Source: Gemmatimonadota bacterium
Lineage (GTDB): Bacteria; JBHIER01; G020348925
NCBI GenBank assembly: GCA_020348925.1
Contig: CP070758.1
Coordinates: 3,425,688 to 3,489,687 of the forward strand
Direction: 5' to 3'
Length of the DNA: 64,000 nt
Made by a program: the position numbers and the translations under genes. Numbering within the stretch: the first letter of the stretch is position 1; the number at the start of each line of letters is the position of its first letter. This document shows positions 48,801 to 58,099 of the stretch, piece after piece. The notes beneath the pieces are model-generated. The model searched no databases. It saw nothing but the letters and a program-made list of their open reading frames with translations, and had not been told where the DNA came from.

Positions 48801-50519
48801 ATGTTCGCCTGTCACCCGAATAGAGCTATCATGGGTTTGGTAGCCCTGTGTGTACTTTGTGGCAGCGGTGATATGCTCACAGGCTCTCCGGATGGCTCGA
48901 AAGCACAGGATGCTCATTCTTGTGATTTTTCTCGTGCTCAAATTCCTCCCTGGTCGAAAAAAATGACAACAGAGGAACGCACCGCACCATCAGCAGACAT
49001 AAGAATATACGAATCGAAACGTCTTCCGTCTTCACCTGTTCGGACGCCGGCCGAGTTTGAACCCTGTCGAGGAGTGATTATTTATTGGGATCTGGAGTAC
49101 GAACAGGATTTGGAGGGTATGTTTCTGCCTTTGATCAGAAACATGGATCCCACCAATATTATCTATATCGGTTTGGAGCGTGAGACCGACCGGGTTTCTG
49201 TAAGGAGAAAAATCGCAAGAACAGGGTGTTCCATGGATAACATCAAGTTTCTTGTCTATCCCTGTTCTCCTTTCTGGATGCGGGATTTTGGGCCCTTCTT
49301 CGTGTACGATTCCAGCCATGATTTGGCGGTCATAAATACGGGCTATCGCCTGTACTTGCCTCAGGCTGACGATTTCCCTCGATTTTTTTCCCTCGAGTTT
49401 GGTTATGAATGTTACGATACTGGATACGAATTGGATGGCGGCCATTTCATAACGGATGGGAGGGGATTGGTTGCCGTGACCGATCACTTCTATTGTTTGA
49501 ATCCGTCATTATCGCGTGCGCAGGGAGATTCTCTGATGGCGGCGTATTTTGGGTGCGATCGATTGCTCGTTTTTGAGACGTGTCAAGAGAGCGGACATTT
49601 CCTTCACATTGATGTGTTCGCCAAGTTCCTGAACGCGACAACGGTTTTGGTGTCACAGTCTGAAGACACGACGATTGTGGAATACAACCTCTTGGAGAGT
49701 TTTGCCAGTGTTTTTGATACCCTCAAGGCCTGGACCGGCACTCCCTTCGATGTGGTGCGGGTCCCATGGAATTATTATTATACATATATAAATTCGCTCA
49801 TACTTGACAATCAGGTTTTTCTACCGGTGTATCAACAACCTGCAGATTCGCAAGCCATAGCAGCATATCAATCTGTGCTGCCGGACCACGAAATTGTACC
49901 AATAAACTGCCAATACTTTTTCAATCAGTTCGGAGGTGCCATCCACTGCCTCACGCGGGAAGTGCCTGAGGCTATCCCCACTTCAGGGGTGAAAGTTACG
50001 AGTGGACCCGATACAGGCAGCGCAGCAGGAGAAGATGTACCGGTTACCTTTACAATTCACAACGAAGGTCTCGTATCGGATACATACGATATCGAAATCC
50101 AAGATGATGAGGGCTGGAATTTGAATTTTCGTTCCTCTGAGCTCACTCTTGCATCAGGAACAGATACAACCCTTTCAGTTAGAGTAACAATTCCCGATAC
50201 GGCCGTTGAGGGATCAATCAATGAAGTTATGCTCACTGCCACATCGCAGATCGATCCCTCGGTGCGAGGCACAAATTCAGTGTCAGTGACGGTCTGCGAA
50301 AAAAACAAGGGCGATGTGAATACCGATTGTGCCCTCAATGTCCTGGATGTTGTCTGGATCGTGAACAGTATTCTTGAATTGAGAGAACTCAGTCCGAATG
50401 AAATGTGGCGAGCCGATTGTAATGGCCCACTGGGCACCTGTGACGGCGATGGAGGTGTCGATGTCCTGGACGCACTCAAGATTGTGAATGTTATTTTGGG
50501 ATTGGATGCGTGTCTCTGA
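48801..50519 (+). CDS. Agmatine/peptidylarginine deiminase family protein with Ig-like and dockerin-like domains
   Basis: PAEFEP, WMRDFGP, HIDVFAKF, YINSLI, GGAIHCLT (catalytic Cys); C-terminal dockerin. Confidence 0.87.
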   Translation: MFACHPNRAIMGLVALCVLCGSGDMLTGSPDGSKAQDAHSCDFSRAQIPPWSKKMTTEERTAPSADIRIYESKRLPSSPVRTPAEFEPCRGVIIYWDLEYEQDLEGMFLPLIRNMDPTNIIYIGLERETDRVSVRRKIARTGCSMDNIKFLVYPCSPFWMRDFGPFFVYDSSHDLAVINTGYRLYLPQADDFPRFFSLEFGYECYDTGYELDGGHFITDGRGLVAVTDHFYCLNPSLSRAQGDSLMAAYFGCDRLLVFETCQESGHFLHIDVFAKFLNATTVLVSQSEDTTIVEYNLLESFASVFDTLKAWTGTPFDVVRVPWNYYYTYINSLILDNQVFLPVYQQPADSQAIAAYQSVLPDHEIVPINCQYFFNQFGGAIHCLTREVPEAIPTSGVKVTSGPDTGSAAGEDVPVTFTIHNEGLVSDTYDIEIQDDEGWNLNFRSSELTLASGTDTTLSVRVTIPDTAVEGSINEVMLTATSQIDPSVRGTNSVSVTVCEKNKGDVNTDCALNVLDVVWIVNSILELRELSPNEMWRADCNGPLGTCDGDGGVDVLDALKIVNVILGLDACL

Positions 50520-50785
50520 GTGATTTCTGCCAATTGTGATCGAAAAACAAGGTTTTTTTAAATGCACACTGGGCTCGGACCACGTTCAACATGTGTTGAA
50601 AAGAGGGGTAGGTTATTTTTTTCATTTCATGGATTTCTCACTTTTGATTTTGTGATAAAACTACTGGCCATGTTCAGATTTCAAATATCTTTAAATTATA
50701 ATTTCGCAACGAGATCCAACAATTTCAGACAGTTTCATGAAATGAAATAGAAAAAAGTAGCCTGTCCCCTTTTCTCTTCAGGGAA

Positions 50786-51571
50786 TCATTTGAGTATTTT
50801 TTGTACCTCCTGTTCCGCCACTTTCATCGCAAATTCATCGAGAAACCTTTCAATTTTCTTCTTCGAGTATTCGACGTCATTATCCCGATCAAGATAATTT
50901 TTACTCATCACACATTGCATCTGTTTGCTACCCTCATCCCACTTCTCTCCGATAATACCTTCAATGTCCCCACTTGATCGTATATGCCTCAGGGGAAGGA
51001 GGAGTTCAATCCCAAACGACGCCATGAAATTTTCATACGCATCGAGAACCGTATCGATCTGGTTGATCTTCACTCTGTCGTCGTGCTTCTCCCTCTCACC
51101 ACCGATGATGAGCTGACACCGAATCTTCTTGGCAAGAGGAATACGAATGGCATGCAAATACAGATGGCATCCGATACACGGTGTGTAGAATCCAAATTCT
51201 CTAAAGAGATGTGACGCATATCTCCCACAGAGCTTCCACCAGAAATCCGGGGAACCGAGAACGAGGGGAAGAAAAACCTTCACGCCACACTCCTGCATCT
51301 TCCCTTTGAGAAACTCCACCTTCTGAAAAGGGATTTCCCAGTCCCCATATTCCGTGGCCGTGTAAGCGATGGTGGGGAGTATGGCATCAAGGTTTCGTGT
51401 TTTTGCGGACTCAATCGCAGCCGCAATGCTGTCTCTTCCGGCAATTTCAACAATGGCGAGATCGTCAATTTTCCGCAATTCGTCAATTTCCGTATCGGAG
51501 AGCATCCAGGTCGGAAACTCAGAGACTAACTGAGGCTTGTTGCCCAATATGTCCAAGAATCGAACGTCCAT
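50786..51571 (-). CDS. Hypothetical protein with degenerate PP-loop-like motif and CxxC
   Basis: AIVEIAGRDSIAA, PCIGCHLYLH, IIGGER, QMQC; 6 bp downstream of apgM. Confidence 0.75.
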   Translation of the reverse strand: MDVRFLDILGNKPQLVSEFPTWMLSDTEIDELRKIDDLAIVEIAGRDSIAAAIESAKTRNLDAILPTIAYTATEYGDWEIPFQKVEFLKGKMQECGVKVFLPLVLGSPDFWWKLCGRYASHLFREFGFYTPCIGCHLYLHAIRIPLAKKIRCQLIIGGEREKHDDRVKINQIDTVLDAYENFMASFGIELLLPLRHIRSSGDIEGIIGEKWDEGSKQMQCVMSKNYLDRDNDVEYSKKKIERFLDEFAMKVAEQEVQKILK

Positions 51572-51577
51572 GAATGT

Positions 51578-52870
51578 CTATCTCACACGTAAAGGCTTCG
51601 CATCGGCCACAATGTACGGTCGATCGACAGGCGAATCCCTAAGTCCCACAAGCTGAGCCCGATCCAGGAAATTTAAAATAAGGTGCATGAGTTCTCTCCC
51701 TCTCACCAACCCAAGTGCTCCTTTCGCGCAGCTTATCTCATTGAATGCCGCGACGTCGTCCCTTCTCGTATATTTGCCCACCATCGTCAAGGGCACGGTC
51801 TCGCCGGAATGGATCATCGCCCCGGAACTGGGCGTCGAATGATCGGAAGTCACCACGAAGAGGATCTCTTCATCAGGGATGATCTCCTCAAGAGCGTAAG
51901 CAAGAGCAAGATCTATTCTCTCAATAACGTCCTTCTTATATTGTGCGCTCTTCGTATGAGAAGCTTCATCGACAGCTTTCGTGTGGACATGAACGAAATC
52001 AAAATCCTTCGTCTCTTTTGCAATTCGTAACCGTTCGCGAAGATCCTTGTCCGGTGCATCGGTATCCCCCACCTTGAAACAATCCATTCCAATCAGGGCA
52101 CACAGACCATGATACACAGCTCCCGAAGCAATGGACATCGCCTTCAATCCCCATCTCTCCCTGAAAGGCGGTACATGCTTCATTCCCCCCGCTCTCTGTG
52201 TCCCCACACCGTTCAACGCGGGCAAGCCTCTCCTCGCCCGGTCCAAATTGACTGGATGCCGTGAAAGTCTTTGATAACACCAGACGAGATAATTATTCAA
52301 GACGTCAGCTGTCCGTTTCCCCTTTTCAGTGTCACTCAGCGGCAGGATTTCCATCAAAGGACGGCCCTCATAAATGGGATTGGAATCCGTAATCCTCGGT
52401 GAAACCTCACCCCTCAAAATGAGAATACCCTGGATCCCCTTTGTCGGTACAAATTCAACCTCTATACCATTCTCTTCGTATCGTCCGACCTCCTTGTGCA
52501 AAAGCCTGCACGTTTCGGCATCAACCTCAGGATTCTCCTGCCGCAATACAAGAAGACGACCCTTCTCCTCAACGCTATATATCCTTGCCAAAAGAGCAAC
52601 GTCTCCATCGCCCATGGAAATGTTCTCCCCAATGGCTTCCAACGGTCCTCGTCCGGGAAAGTCACCAATATCATAGCCGAACAGACAGAAGTGGGCCGTC
52701 TCGCTCGGCATGGCCATGCCTTGCGTGGTACTGTGATACAGACCGTTCACACCCAAGGCCGCAATCCGGTCGAGATGTGGTGTATGCGCAGCCTGAAGGG
52801 GCGTCTCCCCTTCAAAAACATCGTATCCCCTGTCACCAAGACCGTCGAGTACGACCAGAATACTTCTCAT
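51578..52870 (-). CDS. apgM: ApgM-type (alkaline phosphatase superfamily) BPG-independent phosphoglycerate mutase
   Basis: VLDGLGD, TPLQAAHTPHLD, SETAH..LFGY, GRGPLEA, HTKAVDEASH, TSDHSTP, HSGETVP. Confidence 0.8.
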   Translation of the reverse strand: MRSILVVLDGLGDRGYDVFEGETPLQAAHTPHLDRIAALGVNGLYHSTTQGMAMPSETAHFCLFGYDIGDFPGRGPLEAIGENISMGDGDVALLARIYSVEEKGRLLVLRQENPEVDAETCRLLHKEVGRYEENGIEVEFVPTKGIQGILILRGEVSPRITDSNPIYEGRPLMEILPLSDTEKGKRTADVLNNYLVWCYQRLSRHPVNLDRARRGLPALNGVGTQRAGGMKHVPPFRERWGLKAMSIASGAVYHGLCALIGMDCFKVGDTDAPDKDLRERLRIAKETKDFDFVHVHTKAVDEASHTKSAQYKKDVIERIDLALAYALEEIIPDEEILFVVTSDHSTPSSGAMIHSGETVPLTMVGKYTRRDDVAAFNEISCAKGALGLVRGRELMHLILNFLDRAQLVGLRDSPVDRPYIVADAKPLRVR

Positions 52871-53103
52871 ACGAACCTCTTAAATTCCAAATATAGTTTT
52901 CCTTAGTGTATATCACACTTGTTCTTGCTGAACTTTCATCAAAAGTAACACATTCAAAAGAAATTGGCAAGGATCTTTTTCGGCCTGTATGTGTCTTTGT
53001 TACTGAATGTTGGATCGATGACTGCTAAAAACGGTATGTCGCAGACTGAACGGGTCATTCCGGATACTCGGGGTTTATTCCTTGGAAATACTGGATTTTT
53101 GAG

Positions 53104-53131
53104 TTGACAACAGGAGAACTGGTGGTATATT
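53104..53131 (+). promoter_or_regulatory. Sigma70-type promoter
   Basis: TTGACA-16 bp-TATATT with extended TG. Confidence 0.5.
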
Positions 53132-53213
53132 TAGGAAAATTTTTTGGGCGGGGATCGGATCGGGAGTGAGTAGGTTGGCACTCTATGCTCAAATGAGTTA
53201 AAGAAAAGGAACG

Positions 53214-54434
53214 ATGAGACGGATTTTTTTATTCTTTTGTGTCGGAATTCTTCTGACCCTCTTTGGTTGCGACGAGCGCAAGAGCACCCCTGTGGGAAGT
53301 GACGTCATCGACCGAGATGACTGGGGCGAATTCCGGGAGGTCTGCTTTCAGCCAGCCGCGCAGGATACCTTTTACCATGAAGCTATCCCGGCCAATACAG
53401 GTCCCCTGCTCCTTGTGGGTGCATATCATGGCTTTCAGACGAAGAGTCTCCTCAAGTTCGAGCTACCCCAGAATATTCAGGTCATCCAGACCTCAGTCAT
53501 ACTGGCCACATACGATGTTATTTCCGAGGAGCAGCTCTCTGAAGCCGACAGTATGTGGATCATTATCTCCCTGACCGAAACGGACTGGAGCGACAGCACC
53601 CTAACCTTCGACTCCCCTCTGAGCGAGACACCTGTGGAGACCGTAGCAGTAAAGAGTTCAAGTGACAATATATTCTCCTTTTCCCTCCCGCCGGAGGAGA
53701 TCCAATCTTTGATCGACAGTCAGCACCTATTCATCAGCCTTCTCTTGAGCAGCGCCCAGGAGCTTAACACGACGCAAGGGACAGAATTCATCAAGAAATT
53801 CTATTCCTCCGAGTTTCTGACACCTCTGTTAAGCATTACCTGGACCGAGACCGACACCTCCGATACAACACTCGGTTCCATTGAGGATGTCTTTGTCGTC
53901 AACCGAGATATAGACTGGCCGGCCGACGTTTGGACGGACCGATTGGTGGTGGGCAACGGCTACAGAGACAGAACTTCTTTCTCATACCGGAGTTTTTTGA
54001 AATTCGAAATTCCGGATTCAATCTCCGAAGCATCTACGGTGATTTGGGGCAAGCTGACACTTTATCCGGATGACGTCAATTCTTTTTTCAATAACGTAAA
54101 TGTCGGTATTTACGCCGTCACGAGTCCCAACTGGGACGATCTCGAATTCGATTCAGATACTGAGTCAGAGCCGATTGATCAGAAAACGGTAACTCTCGGC
54201 CAAGATGCCATTGTCTTTGATATTCGCAGCGTGATTCAGGATTGGATTAGCGGCAAGAGACAGAATTACGGGCTGAGGGTGAAATCCATCGATGAGGATT
54301 GGGATATAACCTCTTCTGTCTTTCATTCATCGCAAAGCGATCCCGGGCTCGGCCCGAAACTTGAAGTGGCCTACGCCACACCGCCTGAGTTCGGCTCGAA
54401 GGGCACCGAGGAGGTCAGCGAGAGTGAGCCTTAG
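53214..54434 (+). CDS. Lipoprotein with DNRLRE-like domain(s)
   Basis: LFGC lipobox; RSFLKF, FDIRSVIQDWISG..NYGL, PKLEVAY. Confidence 0.7.
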   Translation: MRRIFLFFCVGILLTLFGCDERKSTPVGSDVIDRDDWGEFREVCFQPAAQDTFYHEAIPANTGPLLLVGAYHGFQTKSLLKFELPQNIQVIQTSVILATYDVISEEQLSEADSMWIIISLTETDWSDSTLTFDSPLSETPVETVAVKSSSDNIFSFSLPPEEIQSLIDSQHLFISLLLSSAQELNTTQGTEFIKKFYSSEFLTPLLSITWTETDTSDTTLGSIEDVFVVNRDIDWPADVWTDRLVVGNGYRDRTSFSYRSFLKFEIPDSISEASTVIWGKLTLYPDDVNSFFNNVNVGIYAVTSPNWDDLEFDSDTESEPIDQKTVTLGQDAIVFDIRSVIQDWISGKRQNYGLRVKSIDEDWDITSSVFHSSQSDPGLGPKLEVAYATPPEFGSKGTEEVSESEP

Positions 54435-54435
54435 A

Positions 54436-55656
54436 ATGAAGTCGGTCATAACCATCATTTTTGCCCTGGTTCTCACATCCGTGTACGCCACTGGTTGGGG
54501 CGATTCCATCTTCTCCATAAACGGACTTGGGGAAATATCGTATCCCGTGGATGGACAGGCGAGAGGAATGGGAGGAATCACCCTGGCTTTCCTCGAGGGA
54601 CGCGGGGTCAGTTTCATCAATCCGGCCATCGTCGGTGCTGTGGATACGACGACCGTTACAGCCGTCTTCCTCTTTGAACAACGAAAAGTGAAAGACAGCA
54701 CATCCAGGACGAACATTTACTCCTGGGGACCGAAATTTATGCGCCTCGTAGTCCCCATTTCACATGGTTTTGTCATCGGCGGTGGAATTGCTCCCTACAG
54801 TGATGTCAATTTTCACCTCAGGGACACTGGTCTCCATCTCGGTTCGGATACGGGGACCCCAAATGAGCCTTACACATTGCACGTCTCCGCCGACGGGGGC
54901 ACGCGTCTTGGTTCTGTCACATTGGCCAAGAATTTTGGGAACAGACTCTACTTCGGTCTCTGTGCGAATTTCCTCTTCGGATCGATTACTCAAGAGTGGA
55001 GGCGTGATTTTTCCAACTCGGAGTTTGAGGACTCAGATGATCTCTATGATACGCACTATTTCGGCCAAATCTACTGCGGCGGGATCGCCCTTCGACCCCA
55101 TCGCCGGTGGACGTTCGGGTTTCTCTTCAGCCGATCCGGGACCATTGAGGCGACGACGGAAAGGAGCTCCGTCTCCGGCACAATGGATCAGGAGAAAAAC
55201 GAACTCGATTTCCCCGATGCATACGGCATTGGGACAACCTGCCGGCTTTTCCCTCGAGTCACAATTGGGGCAGACATCTACACTCGAATGTGGAAAAAAT
55301 TCAGATTGAATGGAACCGAAGTCCCAGAATATGAGAATACGACTCGGTACTCCTTTGGTTGCGAGGTAACACCGACCCCTGACAAACTGGCTTCCTTTTT
55401 TCAAAAGAGACCGTGGCGGATAGGGTTCTATCACAAACCATGGTACTACAGGGACGCACGCGGAAATCGTCCCTCCGAGACCTTCTTCACAATGGGGACG
55501 AGTATCTTCTTCAAAGAACGGAGAGGAACGCTTGACATCGCTCTTGAGATCGGCAAGCGAGGGAGTATTGCGGAGAACGGTGCCCAAGAGTGGGTTTTCC
55601 GTCAATCGCTCTCCGTGGTCGGGTGGGAGCGCTGGTTTCAAAAGAGACAGTACTGA
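54436..55656 (+). CDS. FadL/PorV-like outer-membrane beta-barrel
   Basis: Signal peptide, SIFSINGLGE, ARGMGG, INPA, C-terminal ERWF. Confidence 0.75.
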   Translation: MKSVITIIFALVLTSVYATGWGDSIFSINGLGEISYPVDGQARGMGGITLAFLEGRGVSFINPAIVGAVDTTTVTAVFLFEQRKVKDSTSRTNIYSWGPKFMRLVVPISHGFVIGGGIAPYSDVNFHLRDTGLHLGSDTGTPNEPYTLHVSADGGTRLGSVTLAKNFGNRLYFGLCANFLFGSITQEWRRDFSNSEFEDSDDLYDTHYFGQIYCGGIALRPHRRWTFGFLFSRSGTIEATTERSSVSGTMDQEKNELDFPDAYGIGTTCRLFPRVTIGADIYTRMWKKFRLNGTEVPEYENTTRYSFGCEVTPTPDKLASFFQKRPWRIGFYHKPWYYRDARGNRPSETFFTMGTSIFFKERRGTLDIALEIGKRGSIAENGAQEWVFRQSLSVVGWERWFQKRQY

Positions 55657-55661
55657 GATTT

Positions 55662-56459
55662 ATGTCTATGGATCAATTACAACGATTTCAAAGTACAATA
55701 TTTCTAAAACTTGGATCACGATGGGTCTTCGCGAGTTTCACAATTTTGATGGCTCTTTTCATCGTGGGCTGCGGTTCCCACAGGGTTAAAGTAGAACTCG
55801 ACGCTGAAGAGCGATATCACCTCGGCAAGCGTTTACTCGATAAAGGTGATTGTCTCGAAGCCGTTCAAGAATTTCAGAAAGTTATCTTCAACTTTCCCGG
55901 AAGCGATTATGTTGATGATGCGGAGTACGGCCTGGGCATGGCCCACTACTGCGCCGAGGAATATGCTTTGGCCGCTTCGGAATTCCGCCGCGTTTTGAGG
56001 GATTACCCCCGAAGTACCTATGCCGACGACGCCCAATACATGCTCGGAGTGTGCTATTTTGATCAATCGATGCCCACGGGTCTCGACCAGGAGTTCACCC
56101 AGAAGGCGATCGAGGCGTTCCAGAAATTACTTGATGACTACCCGGAGAGCGAACTCGTTGATCAAGCTCGCGAGAAGTTAGGATTGTCCAGGGACAAACT
56201 GGCCAAGAAGGACTTTGACACTGGCCGCCTTTATTTGAAACTGGATTATTTTCAGGCGGCGATTCTCTCTTTTGAGGGAATACTCACTCAATACCCGGAT
56301 TCCAAGTGGGCTGCCGAGGCCCAATACTCCCTCGGTGAAGTCTACAAGAATCAAAAGGAATACACCAAGGCGCTGTCGGCCTATGAGAAGGTGGTCACGA
56401 ACTATCCAACTGAAAAAGTGGCCGAGAAGGCGATGAAAAGAATCCAGGAGATTCGATAG
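55662..56459 (+). CDS. bamD: Outer membrane protein assembly factor BamD
   Basis: IVGC lipobox, TPRs, DQEFTQKAI..FQ.L...YPES, LAKKDF.TGRLY. Confidence 0.88.
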   Translation: MSMDQLQRFQSTIFLKLGSRWVFASFTILMALFIVGCGSHRVKVELDAEERYHLGKRLLDKGDCLEAVQEFQKVIFNFPGSDYVDDAEYGLGMAHYCAEEYALAASEFRRVLRDYPRSTYADDAQYMLGVCYFDQSMPTGLDQEFTQKAIEAFQKLLDDYPESELVDQAREKLGLSRDKLAKKDFDTGRLYLKLDYFQAAILSFEGILTQYPDSKWAAEAQYSLGEVYKNQKEYTKALSAYEKVVTNYPTEKVAEKAMKRIQEIR

Positions 56460-56524
56460 AACAGGCGACGACACAGAGATCTCATACATTCGGCTCAGTC
56501 GAAAATATTGAATTGTAATATATC

Positions 56525-57154
56525 GTGCACGACACTACAAGATTGAAAACAAGTATCACCCGCATTGGAATTTTTGGAGGTACATTCAACCCTCCCCACC
56601 TCGGGCATCTCATCGTTGCTGAGGAGGTTCGTCAGCAATGCTCCCTGCATAAAATCGTTTTTATGCCTTCAGCCAGACCCCCTCATAAAGTGCACTCCCC
56701 CTTGATCGATTCCCAGCATCGATTTATCATGACCCAGCTGGCCGTCCGAGACAATCCCAATTTTGAAATATCTGACATGGAAATGAAGCGCCATGGAAAA
56801 TCATACACTATCGACACCTTGAAAGAGTTTCGAAACACGTATGGTTCGCATGCCGATATCTTCTTCATCATGGGTGGAGACAGTATCTTTGAAATCGATA
56901 CATGGAAAAAACCGGAAGAACTCTTGGGGCTCTGTCATGTCATTGTGACGACGCGTCCTGGATTTGATCTGACAAGGGTCAATGATCGTTTTGGCGACAG
57001 GATCATTTTCGTGGACGTGTTAAACATCGATATCTCATCAACAGATATTCGACGGAGAGTCCGAGAGGGAAGAAGTATTCTCTATTTGGTACCCAAAGGG
57101 GTTGAGGAATATATTCGGGATGAGAAGTTGTATCTCACTGAGAACGTCACGTAA
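56525..57154 (+). CDS. nadD: Nicotinate-nucleotide adenylyltransferase
   Basis: GIFGGTFNPPHLGH, PPHK, SYTIDTL, ISSTDIR. Confidence 0.95.
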   Translation: MHDTTRLKTSITRIGIFGGTFNPPHLGHLIVAEEVRQQCSLHKIVFMPSARPPHKVHSPLIDSQHRFIMTQLAVRDNPNFEISDMEMKRHGKSYTIDTLKEFRNTYGSHADIFFIMGGDSIFEIDTWKKPEELLGLCHVIVTTRPGFDLTRVNDRFGDRIIFVDVLNIDISSTDIRRRVREGRSILYLVPKGVEEYIRDEKLYLTENVT

Positions 57155-57196
57155 CTTGAAAACTCGTGAAGGGCGTTTCACCTTAGAAAGAAAAAT

Positions 57197-58099
57197 ATGA
57201 AAACGGTTTTACCCTACATTTTTTTCATTGCCCTTGCCTTGCCCGGATGTAATATCCTGGGCTGGACGCACAGGAACGAACAATCTCATTTGGATCGAGG
57301 CATGGAGCTCATGCGGCAGGGGGATTATGCACAAGCCGAGCAAGAGTTCGCTCGGGCAAAAGAGGAGAATCCAGCCAGCGCCGATGCCAGATATTATCAC
57401 GCCAAGGCTGTCCAGAGAGGTGCTCACTTTGACATTGTTGATCTGGTCAAGGAGGTCTCTCAGGCGAGAACAGATCGTTGCCAAGATGGGGCTTCACTAC
57501 CCCTCTACAACAATGAGATCGACGTTCTTGACGAGATATACAGGGTCAATCTGATCATTGTGAACGACCTGCGTCCCATATATGACGGCGAAACTCACGG
57601 GAGTATCAGTGCCCGTGACATCGATATTGACCTGGCCTTCGCCTCTCTCCTCACCGCCCTCCCCGGACTGAGAGACACAAACAGGGACAGCACCATCAAT
57701 GATGTGGATCTCCTCCTCGATATCAGATACTCATCGACTTTGGAGGAATATTATATTACGGGATTCCATGAATTTTTGGGAGGAGGAAGTCAGCCTCGTT
57801 CCCTCCCCATCAACGCCTCGGGAGTGAATCCGGAGGATATCAATCCTCTCATCAATTACGTTTTAGATCTCATCGAAGAGAGTGACGACCTCCTCATAGC
57901 GACCCTGCAAAGATGGACCACCGGGACGAGTGAGGAGAACATCAGAAATCTTCTCGAAGACATTCGCACAACCATCGTCAAATATTATTACGACGATGAT
58001 AGGGATAACGACGGCGATGCAATGAGTGACGAGGAGCAGCTCAATGGTTTTGACGACGACGATGACGGCCTGATCGACGAGGATACGGATCATGTTTAG
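57197..58099 (+). CDS. TPR lipoprotein with acidic, Ca-binding-like C-terminal repeats
   Basis: LPGC lipobox, N-terminal TPR, DNDGD...DEE..NGFDDDDDGLIDED tail. Confidence 0.75.
   Translation: MKTVLPYIFFIALALPGCNILGWTHRNEQSHLDRGMELMRQGDYAQAEQEFARAKEENPASADARYYHAKAVQRGAHFDIVDLVKEVSQARTDRCQDGASLPLYNNEIDVLDEIYRVNLIIVNDLRPIYDGETHGSISARDIDIDLAFASLLTALPGLRDTNRDSTINDVDLLLDIRYSSTLEEYYITGFHEFLGGGSQPRSLPINASGVNPEDINPLINYVLDLIEESDDLLIATLQRWTTGTSEENIRNLLEDIRTTIVKYYYDDDRDNDGDAMSDEEQLNGFDDDDDGLIDEDTDHV

Noticed and set aside
53176-53189. TGGCACTCTATGCT as a sigma54 promoter
   Set aside because: GG-to-GC spacing is 8 rather than 10 nt, and a sigma70-type promoter lies just upstream.
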